Shown: positions 13,866 through 25,500 of the stretch, one piece after another
How the letters are laid out: each line of letters begins with the position of its first letter
Position numbering within the stretch: position 1 is the stretch's first letter
From: Trichoplax sp. H2
Lineage: Eukaryota
Direction: 5' to 3'
DNA: 64,000 nt
Assembly (NCBI GenBank): GCA_003344405.1
Contig: NOWV01000018.1
Location: 558,001 to 622,000 of the forward strand
Program-made: the position numbers and the translations under genes
Notes under the pieces: model-generated
The model's database searches: none
Told to the model about the DNA's origin: nothing
Seen by the model: the letters and a program-made list of their open reading frames with translations, nothing else

Positions 13866-14605
13866 TGTATACAGATATCATATATAATAATTACTGTTAG
13901 CGTAGAGTCCGGGTTACAGCATTGCTGCTTAGTAAACGAGGTGATAAATAGACTATGAGGAGATCAAGGCATCCACATTCATGAGTATGCAGATATCCTA
14001 TACAATAATTACTGTTAGCGTAGAGTAAGGGTTACAGCATTGCTGTTTAGTAAACGAGGTGATAAATAGACTGAGGAGATCAAGGCATCCACATTTCATG
14101 AGTATACAGATATCCTATACTATAGTATACAATAATTACTATTAGCGTAGAGTAAGGCACACCATTGCCGCTTAGCAAACGAGGTGATAAATAGAAGACT
14201 ATGAGGAGATCAAGGCATCCACATTCATTCATGAGTATACAGATATCCTATACAATAATTACTGTTAGCGTAGAGTAAGGCACACCGTTGCCGCTTAGTA
14301 AACGAGGTGATAAATAGACTATGAGGAGATCAAGGCATCCACATTCTGAGTATACAGATATCCTATACTATAGTATACAATAATTACCATTAGCGTAGAG
14401 TAAGGCACATCATTGCCGCTTAGTAAACGAGGTGATAAATAGAAGACTATGAGGAGATCAAGGCACCCTCATTTATGAGTATACAGATATCCTATCCAAT
14501 AATTACTGTTAAAAGCGTAGAGTAAAAGAGTAAACACCATTGCCGCATAGTAAACGAGGTGAAAAGTAGAAGACTAGTATGAGATCAAGGTATCCACATT
14601 CATGA
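13866..14605. repeat. ~115-133-bp tandem repeat, 6 copies
   Basis: Unit gagtatacagatatcctatac..aataattactgttagcgtagagtaagg..aaacgaggtgataaatag..gagatcaaggcatccacatt starts at about 13866, 13983, 14100, 14233, 14348 and 14477. Confidence 0.95.
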
Positions 14606-14719
14606 GGTTATTATTATAGGTTGGGACACCTGATTGATCAACCTACTAGAGATTGGTATCCAATATAGCGTGACATTGGACAGTGTCAGCTGCTGTGCAG
14701 AGATACCGTAGTCCAGGTA

Positions 14720-15512
14720 ACCTGGTGAAAAATTGCCATTGCATCTGTCATCGATCTGTGCAAGCACTAGCTAACCTCAGCCATATTAATCAATTGATAA
14801 CGATCAAAATCGATAGGCAAGGGTTAAGCAAGGATAAAATCCATTTATCTGTGTTGTATTGGACCTCAAGTATCAGCTTACTGTAATTCGTAGTCAAATA
14901 CCTTTGACGAGTAGCCATCCGTATTTGGTGTAGCAATTGGATTCAGCGTAGCTGCTGCATGACCCTATTGATCAGCTTAATTCTAGCCTGGTAAAGAATT
15001 GCTATTACATCGATCTGTGCAAGCACTAGCTAACATCAGCTACCATATTAATCAATTGATAACGATCAACATCGATAGGTAAGGGTTAAGCGAGGATAAA
15101 ATCCCATCTATCTGGGTTGTATTGGACCTCAAGTATCAGCTTACTATAAATCGCAGTCAAATGCCTTTGACGAGTAGCCTTCCGTATTTGGTGTAGCAAT
15201 TGGATTCAGCGTAGCTGCTGCATGACCTTATTGACTGGCTTAATTCTAGCCTGGTAAAGAATTGTTATTACATCGATCTGAGCAAGCACTAGCTAAGATC
15301 AGCCGCCACATTAATCAATTGATAACGATCAACATCGATAGGTAAGGGTTAAGCAAGGATAAAATCCCATCTATCTGTGTTGTACTGGACCTCAGTATCA
15401 GCTTAAAATTTTGATCAACTACTTTTTACCAGTAGACATCAGTATTTAGTGTAGCAATTGGAATTGTTGGATTCAGCGTAGCTGCTGCATGACCCTATTG
15501 ATTAGCCTAATT
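14720..15512. repeat. ~260-bp tandem repeat, 3 copies
   Basis: catcgatctg.gcaagcactagctaa at 14749, 15008 and 15271. Each copy ends with ggattcagcgtagctgctgcatgacc. Confidence 0.95.
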
Positions 15513-15614
15513 ATACCAGATATAGGAATCGACGAGATTGATTCATAGATAGATGCAATCTACAGTTGTTGTACTATAAATTGATGTACAAAGATAAACT
15601 GTTGTTATAGGACA

Positions 15615-17708
15615 ATGATGACTTTGAAGAACAGATGCCACTTGCTATGGTACAACATCAACACATTAATTCGTCGACAGTTTTCAAGCCAGCTAGAGAA
15701 AAATCAAAATTATGCTATCGTCAAGACGTTAAATGATCCTAGTTCTATGACCATATCTCTGCATTATGGTGGAATCCAACAAAGTACAACTAGGAAACGA
15801 GACGAAAAACTTCAACGTTGCTTGCAGCGTTTGCAAAATTCTCTGCAAGATAAAATTAGGAAAACAATCAAAGCGGAAAAAAAATCCATTGCAATATCAA
15901 TCGATCCTCATGTAATCAATAACAATAATCCAGTCAAGCTGCGTTTAATGAATAGTTCCGATCAACAAGTTGATGGAAATTGCCTCAATATTGATGCTTG
16001 GATTTCCCATCACAAATTATATGTTGGCCAAATATCTTGCGATATTATTTTGAATCCAGCTGAGGTTTCAGCCCTGTCATTGCCTCGAATTATAATGACG
16101 CAGTGTACAATCTATCCTGAGATTCGATTAGAATCTTGTCAAATCCATCAATGTCAATTTACTTGGTATCGTAGTCGTCACCATCATAACCAAGGCAAAA
16201 GGCAGTGGATTAAAGTAAGCGACCAATACTCTTACATGCCTACTTCCAATGATATTGATTGTTACCTGAAAGTCAGCTGTAAATTACCTCAGCAAAATAC
16301 AAGTGAGGTCGAAGTTATCAGCGAAAATCCTGTAATGACTGGCCCATCTTGTCATCTTCTGCAACAACGATTTCACTATACAGAGACAGTGACAACAAAT
16401 AAGGAAATTAGGACCGTATCATATAATATATTAGGTGAATCTTATGTTGGATCGAAATATGCAAAACGAATATATCGAAATTGTCCAGACTATGCACTCG
16501 ATATTAATTACAGACAGCAATTACTAATGCGAGAATTAACCAGTTATAATGCAGATCTAATCTGTTTACAGGAGGTTAGCCATGAAACTTTTAATAATCG
16601 TCTTAAATACGGACTTCAATTCCAAGGCTTTCAAGGGTTATGGAAAAGTCGAGTTTTTGATAATAATGATGGCTTAGCAATTTTTTATAAAACGTCAAAA
16701 TTTGACCTCATCTCTCAACATGATCTCGACTTGAATGCCTCTATCCAAAAGGTTAGCAATATATCATTAAATCTTAATTTTTATAAATTTCTAAGATAAA
16801 ACTTGAATGAAGTAGAAAATATATGATGGTAATTCTAATTTTAACAAAATTATTCTTGAAATACAGCTTGCAAAGAGATTATCTCGTGCTCTCACCTTTC
16901 CTTATTTTCATAGGATTCATATCAAGAAGCACTATTAAATTTAATCCGACCTTATGATCAACTAGTGCATGAAGTACTGAGTCGATCTAACGTTCTGCAA
17001 GTTGCTTTATTAAGAAGGAAGGAATGCAATGATCAGTTAATTTGTTTAGCAAATACTCATCTTTATTTTCGACCTTTAGCTGAAATTATCCGTCTCATTC
17101 AAATTCAAGCTATAACCAATCATTTATCACTCATATCGAAAAGCATTTCAGGTAGGAAATTGTTAAGCCTATTTATACCCAAAATAGAGGCGATATTACA
17201 TTTAGTAGGATATACAGTAGTAATGGTGTACATTTAGCTTACCTATAGTAGCAGAGGAAGTACAGAGTAAGGAGTGCTTTACATTGTATTTCTTAAATCT
17301 AAACTTGTTGTATTATAATATTTTACAGATTTACCTGTAATATTATGTGGCGATTTCAATAGTGCACCATCTTCTGATACCTACCAGTTTTTAACGAATG
17401 GTTACTGCAAAAGTCAATCTACTGCTGACGAAAGTTACTTATTAAAGGATGCAGCAAGTTTTGAATTTAGCCATAACTTAACCTTTGATGCATTATCACA
17501 AACATTACACTGCACTCATCACACTACTAATTTTTCTGGGACAATCGATTATATATTTGGAAAACGCGGCTATTTTAATGTTAAAAATGCTATCCCTTTA
17601 CCGGAGGTTACAAATATCAATGCGAATCATGGACTACCGACGACTGAATTTCCATCGGACCATTTGGCAGTAATTTGTGATATAAGCATGGTACATCATC
17701 ATCAATAA
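15615..17708 (+). CDS. PDE12: 2',5'-phosphodiesterase 12-like (CCR4/EEP family), paralog B, 3 coding exons
   Basis: Exons 15615-16751, 16914-17151, 17329-17708. Motifs SYNIL, ADLICLQEV, DGLA, ANTHLYF, CGDFNS, GTIDYIF and FPSDHLA. Presequence-like N-terminus (LIRRQFSS). An acceptor ttatag at 15605-15610 just before the ATG suggests a 5'UTR intron. Confidence 0.9.
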
Positions 17709-19542
17709 ATATTCGCGAATTTATAAAATGGAGTAGCAATAAATTAGATTTTGCATCATGTTAACAGCGATAATATATCGTATATGTGCGAATATTAATG
17801 AGTGATACATTTTGATCACAAAAAATATCCGTTGTGTATTACAAAAAGCCCAATTCAATTAACTATCATAACGCGAATTCAAACCCTGCCTCAATTTTTA
17901 ATTCTGATATTTGAGCATGTATAAGGTATCGCAACAATAACTATCGAAAATTTGATAAGCAATTTAAGGCAAGAATACTGAAAATTTGGAGTTAAATATC
18001 ATTCGAACTGTATATTTGCCTAACATATCATATCAACAAATGCTCTCCGATTTATATAATTAACAACAAATTAATAAAATTTTTTGCATCATGCTATTAA
18101 TAACAACAATAATAATGTATCACAGCTAATAACAGGTGATCAAATAAATCATCAATGTATTGATGACTTATCATAACATTGCCGGTTGATATTTGAGTGT
18201 GTAGACACAGTACTACACTAGATTATAGGTAAATAGAAATTACTAATCCATTGCCGTTAGATACATACTCTTATTACGTATGTAGCGCAGTTTGAGAAGC
18301 TATATTAAATTTCATTTGAGCTAGCACCTATTCCATTAAATCATACGATTTATTCAAAAATCGACAACCAAGTGATCTTTGCGAAAGCGCGAATAAGCCT
18401 TTATTTTATGAATATACGCATAGTCATATCTCTACGTGACAATTACTAATCTTGTAGCCACTAAAACAGCCTAGCTACGTGTTATAAAAGTGTCATACCT
18501 ATACTAATACGCGCATATTAATTTCTGAAGGATAACAGGTCGTTCCAATTTTACTTAATAGATTTTACAATCGTATACAGTTAGTATTGCATTCTAGCAT
18601 AGCAAATACAACCCTGTTCAATATTTCGTCAGCCTGCCTAAGACGCAGAATTCACAGCAATACATTACCATATTTTTTAGCAATATAGTACTTATTTATA
18701 TTATGTCAATAAAATTAATTAATTCTATAAACAAGAGTGCATCTTCATTTTTGATAAGATTATACCTAATTATCAACAAACGGACAACATAATGCAGTTG
18801 TCACTGCTAAACAGCCAAACTTTCTAGGAAAAAATTCATACTCAAAGTCTAACACTAAAATCACTGTTTACTAGTAGGCAAAACTCTCTCACGTTAGTAA
18901 AGATACTAATTTGATTTTATGTATATCGAAATCCAATTACTAATTAAAGCAATCATTTGTACAAAGCGGACACCTGTATTGGTGTAATTATGTAGTAGTA
19001 AAAAATGAAATACTACTATACCTAACCATGGCCTAACATGGATATAAAATATATATAAATTGAGCTTTACGAATTTTACCTTACATATCAAGCGAATTGT
19101 TGAAAAATGTTAACAGCAACCTTTATAAGCTTTAATAACATAACAACACGTTAGAATAAGTTAGTCTACAATATTGGTACTTGATATTATATATCGTGTA
19201 TCATCGTTATATTTGAAAAGTGTTATCATTGCATTACATTCAAGATTTAAAAATAAGGGCAGTATTAAAAACTTTTGGTGGAAAATTACAAACAATAATT
19301 ATACGACATGATCTCCTTCAGATCTATAACTACATATTTTTTGCATAATATTGCTTGTTAAAAACACATCAATGATACATGCTTAAGTATTATCATATTA
19401 TGTAGCTCCTTAAGTTTAATAATACTACTGTATCAATAAAATATCCCTCATGATTGTACGATATTTTGTCATCTTGGAAATTGTAGATCTCGTATAAAAG
19501 GCAATCCATGTTTCCGCAGGGTCTTTAAGGCAAGCAACCATC

Positions 19543-22500
19543 TTAATCCGGCATGATACCACCAAAGGCATATTCTAAAGTGGTTGAAGGAAGTATAGTG
19601 AGTATATATTTTACACATGTTGAGAAAATGTGTGCATTTAAAAAAACAATATAATGTACACGCGTGTATGTTTACCATCAATTTCGTTCTCCTTTATTAA
19701 ATTATCTTCCTCACTATCAAGCTGCGAAAAATATAAATAAATAAGTGTAAAAAATATCATCCATATCACAAGAATACAAGTTACTTTATTGTAACTGAAG
19801 GTTTACGTTACAACTCTTACTCGTGTATTAGAATTATGTACTTTAACTTTATATATATCTATATTTTAAGATCAAAATTATCATTGCCAATTTTATTTGT
19901 TTCAGTACATACAGCTTCTAATTCCGAGGCAGTATAAAACCTTCCTAATGCCTTTCTTATAGGAATTAAAAATAGGACTAAGATTGGGAACGCAATAGCT
20001 GCTGCTGTCAGTTTAACAATCCAGAGTAAGGTTAGAAAGAAAACTTGAACTAATGTATAAGAGTAAATTTTACGCGTTGGCACCTAAAATAGGGAAAAAT
20101 ACATAAAATCATTTTTTTACATTTACAAATGTAAAAGGGTTGATATTCAGACTGATCAGGAAACAATAAATCATAAATCAAATAGCGGGCCTTACATTTT
20201 TAACATAGATTTCGTTGTGATGCTTGAGCGGCATAAATAGTAATTTGAATCTTTTAAAAAGCTGAATTCCTGTAATAGATGCAATACCCATATACAACAG
20301 CACACCAAGTATAACTGCATAGGGAATGACTTCAATAACTTGTGTAAAGTATAGTGAAATACCTACATCAAAAATATCAAACGCTTGTCAATTTTTCTAT
20401 CTTGAAAATAGTGTAACTTGTATTTATCTCACCCATAAGTACATGAATCAATAGTGCAGTTAATCTTTGCTCCCTGACATAAAGAACTTGGGGTTTTTCG
20501 CCCGGCGCGTAGCATTTACTATAAACTGTCAGGCTTTTTAAGTGCGATGCAGATCTAACCGTGGCTGAACACATCCACGGTAACCCAAATAATGAAAAAA
20601 TTCCAACGCAAAGACCATTTAACATTAAATCCAGATGGAAGCCTGAGCCCTTTCTCATTTTAAGATTCTTCTTGTTCATTAATAGTTCCGTAACTTCAAT
20701 TTCCATAAATAGCAGTATACTTACAAGAGCAGCTAAAATAGATATAACTCATAATTACGCTCGATATCTACTTATAACTAAAAGATATTAATGTAAATAT
20801 ACCTGGAATAAAAGCGGCAAAGATCCAACCAATTGATATTTTAAAAGGATTAACCAACCAACTATAGCGATAAGGTGATAAGGTTAAAAAGCCAGGCCTA
20901 ACATCAAGTCTTTTAATGTAAACAACATTTCCAACTCCGTAGACGTTAATAAGCACCATAATAATAATAGTAATCATGATGCCAAGATCACAAACCATGT
21001 GTCGCGCCTAAAAATATACCACAGAATTTTATCAAGAATACGTCAACAAAAGGTTGATATAGTTTCAACAAGAGTAAATAGCATTGATATGTTTATAGCA
21101 GTAAATACCCAAGTGCCGAGAAATTTACTCCTACGAAAGACTCTCCACGCATAAATGATGCCGAATGTACCGAGAAAGTACATAGTTGATAACAATGCCG
21201 TATTAGGGTGTGGTTTACTGCACTTTGTTGTTCCATTATTATCAATATCCAGTAAGGTATAATTTCCCATGCAGGTATAATTAGCATAGCTGCCGGCATA
21301 ATTCTTCGGTACATAACTTGCGTTACAGTAGTTCGACAGAACAGGATCAGTTGCGTAAATCTAGCAAAGTAGAGAAATGTAATATAATTAGATATAACAA
21401 TTAAATATAATAAATTATTAATAACTGCCAAAATTATGACTCTAGTAAAAATAACGAAACAAACTATACCTTCAAAAGATTTTTAATCGCTTCATATATA
21501 AAAATCAATGATATCAAGCTCGCAAATATTTCTTCTGTAAATCTTGTCAGGTATCGTATTAAAAAACTTCCTTGTAATAGTACGACCAGAGATAAAATTA
21601 GAAATACCCATAAGCCTACCCAAACACGCATGGTCAAGAAATCTACGTGGTTTAGTTGGCAAAACTGAAAGGAAGCAGTAAAAAAAGTTAATTTAGAGCT
21701 GTCTGAAGAATATAATTAAAATTTTATGTGATGATCACACATGCATACTTAAATGCTATATCTCTCTATCAGAATTAATCTTACATCGAACAGCGCTTCT
21801 TCAAAAACAAGGATAGGGCCAGTAGCTCCCATAATAAGTAACGGTTGGCCAGCTAAAACTGCATAAATAATACCACAGATGGAAGTGGCGACTATCGTCT
21901 CAGAAACACCAATCACTCCTTGAGTATAATCTCCTAAAATAGCTCCAAATGTAATTGCGGGAGCCATACAAGCAAAGAATATAAATACAGAAGCTGTAAG
22001 GCATTGCAAATTAAATGCATCCATGTAGTCGCTCAAATAGTGCGCATATCGTCGACGCATGTCACGTAGCAGTCCGCTGCCACATTCTTTTGTATACATT
22101 AGAGGGTCTAGGTCTGAACTGCTGCTTCCAAATTCCTTAACATCTGTTACGAAAAATAGTTTCAATTAACAGCCGACAGAATCTATCTAAATTATAAATA
22201 TCGTCTTTTCTATAGATTAGTCATATGTGTATATATTGGTACTTAATTAGTCAGAATACTACTGCAAATACCTGGGACATCTTCAGATTTTACTTGTCTA
22301 CTTTTAACAACTGGTTCTAACAGATCTTTATCCCATTCACCAGGTGGAAGAACAACGCTACCGTCCAGAAAGAAATTAACACCTTGTAACAAGTCGGCTC
22401 TACAGTTAGCCTTATAAGCAGCTTCTTTGAATATCTTAAATAGAGATACGGCAACAAAATTAATTAAATCAATTTACATCTTTAAGGCTTTTTATCGCCA

Positions 22501-25500
22501 TTCTTCGAATATAAATCGATATTGATAATAAAGCTACTCATACGATAATCCAATTTTAATATGCTGCTAAATGATCTCTTTATCCTCGTATTTTACCTTG
22601 TTCGACATCAGTGTCGAAATAGCACGGCCAACTTCTCGATAATCGATATACTCTGTACTTGGGCCCAACAGCATAAAAAAAAATCGAACAGGTATTGGAA
22701 CTTGCATCATATTATCCAGTAAGTGGCCAGTCGACAATCGAACAAAAGCAACAACAGCACAATCAAGCATATCTAAAGAGCCAACTAAAACAGTCATGCC
22801 TTCTGAGCCAGTTGGGATTTTTTTTAAGAGTTCTTTGTCATGATATTCGTGCTTATTTGAAGAAGTAACAGTTGATTTTTTTTCAGTTGGTTTCGAATTG
22901 GGTACAGAAAATGTGATCCCATTTTCTGTATCGTTGTCATCATCATAATTCGAGAATTTGACAATTGGAATATCACATTCTCCTTTCTATTGGAGTAAAG
23001 TGTACAAATCAAGAATATATTCAAAAATACATTCAATCCTAGACATTACTCATTATTCAATGATAAAACAGTATTATCTAAAACATCTGGAATATTACCT
23101 CTCTTACAGTTGTAGAACGAGCAGCTTCAATATCATGACTTGATGAACGTAGCCAGTTGAATCTGTTCCTCTTAGTGTGACCTTTCTTAGGAGTATGTAA
23201 GTCATTTTCAGCTACATTTTCTTCATCACCAGCTAAGTGTGCTACAGAACCCATATATTTGAAAAATGAACTGCTATGATGATCGTGATGATGAGAGTGC
23301 TTTAATTGCAAAACTTCAATAAGGCTGTTTCGATCAGAAGCTGAAAGCTGATTAGTGGTCGCTAAATCGTTTACGATTGCATTGACGATATCTGGAAAAT
23401 CTTGCTTTTCAAGATCAAGTAGTACGGTGCCTATATGCAATAAACCCCAATGAAATTACGATAAAGTAATCATTTTAGGCAATAGATCATGAATAATTCC
23501 ACGTTGGAAACTTGCAAGGTTCCTTCGTACTAACCGTATTCAAAGCATCTTCGGAGTTCCAACAAACTATGAAAAGATAGCGTAGCAACATGCGGTTTAC
23601 CCCATCTATCAGCACGTTCTTCAAGATCTTCTTCAAATTTAATCCAACGTGCAGTTTCCTTCCATTCTGCTCCTTTTAATTCTTCTAACTCTACAAACAC
23701 CTAAGTAACCAGCAATGTAACAATCGATTTATTTTCACAAAATAGAAGTGTTATGAACTGATAACGGACAGCCAAAAACAGAGCAAATTCCATTCTAAGG
23801 TTATAGATCATTATAAACTCACCTCGTGAGGCGTATGATCATAGACCTGTTTACTTTTCTTATGCAGTTGGCCATCAGAACTATATTGAGTAAATTTACT
23901 CGGTGTTTTTTTCCTATTGGTAATAGGATGACGATGAACTGCGGGTACATCTTCTAATCGATGAACTGAAATAAAATAAAGGCCTCAATAAGTAACTTCT
24001 ACGCCCAAGACTAATATACTGTAGTGTTTGTAAAAGTGAATGTTACTATTGTATAAATTAATCTATGATATAAATTATAGCAATAATGTCAAAGATTTTA
24101 TAACAACTACACATTCGATTTATGAGTAAACAGAATAATTTAAGGAATAGTTACAATAAATTCTAGTACAGATTACCACATACTAGTCATATCGTCTAAA
24201 TCTTTTTCAGGTAAAATGATTGCTTCTTCAAGTTCAGTCGGAAGAATAGAAACGTCACTATCCAACTTCGTTTCAGTACCAGATCGAACAAAGTGAGTCT
24301 AAGATCATTAGAAGAGCTCAGTTAATTTTATGAAAGTTTACCATATAAATATAATCTTAGTGTATAGTATTTTAAGTCATATATCCGTTTAAATCTCGAA
24401 TATGTGGGACAAACACTATGAGTAAATAATTACCAAAACTGGATCCTTTTCACCACGCCGTTTGCCGTGGTGATGGTGATGATGATGATGATGGTGATGG
24501 CGATGACGATGTTTATCGTGTTCTAAATCTTCAGCTATTATATACGCAAGGTATAAGAAATATTACAAGTGACATTAACCTTTTTCAAAGAATTAAATAT
24601 AGCGCAAATTTACTCTGAAATAGGTGTATAACGTTAGGATAAACTCAATGCTGAGCGCATGGAAGCAATTCTACATGTCTTTACCAGACGTTTTCTTTGT
24701 CTTGTCACGATCCTTTTTCTCCTCGCTATCTTCACTTTTCTTCCTTTTCTCGTTCACACCGTCTTCTTTCTTTTTCTTTCTCTCCTTTTGACTATCTTCT
24801 CTTTTCTTTTTATGCTCTGTTTTTTCAGGTGTATTTTGCTGATTATCCAAATTGCGCACAATACTTTCATTACTTTTAGTTTTATGATTCTTTTCATGAA
24901 CGCTCATATTATCTTTGACTTCGTTGGTAGATTTTTTTTCAGTATTATTACTCTGGTTAGGAATATCATTGTTAATAGGTAATACTATTGCATCCGCTGT
25001 ATTTTCATTATGGGAGTTACTTCTACTTCTGATATTAGAGCTTGCAGCGTCAGCTAATATAGGAGCGCTCTTATTCTCAACACCCACTAATGATTGTGTT
25101 CTACGATCCCGTCTAGCAAGGTTACCAGCACTTAAACTCTTGTTTCCTCGACCACATTCAACAATATGTCGAGTTTTGACGGGTTCCTTATGATGTCCTA
25201 GATTGGATGGAGAGCGATGAATTTATTGCTATTTATACATAGACAATATCAGCAAGAAATTTTACTGCACTTCACTGTCGAATCTTGTGATCTACATTAT
25301 TTGATATCATTAATACAATTTCAAAAGTTGTCTTACCTTCCATATCTTCATCATCGACATGAGCTAATTTTGTATATGGTGTATCCAAAGTTTTCTGATC
25401 TTCCGCTCGGATAGCATCCATATCGGTCATCGTAACAACTTTATTAAGTTCTTCATCAATAGAAGGTTGCCGATGGAAGGTAACACTTCGTTCCTAATAT

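Noticed and set aside
13866-14605. CRISPR-like regular repeats (also 51195-51880 and 54173-55180)
   Set aside because: The whole unit is repeated with no unique spacers, there are no cas genes, and the context is eukaryotic. These are minisatellites.
24659-25193. Hydrophobic membrane-like ORFs on the + strand
   Set aside because: Antisense shadows of the Lys/Glu-rich SLC4-A exon.
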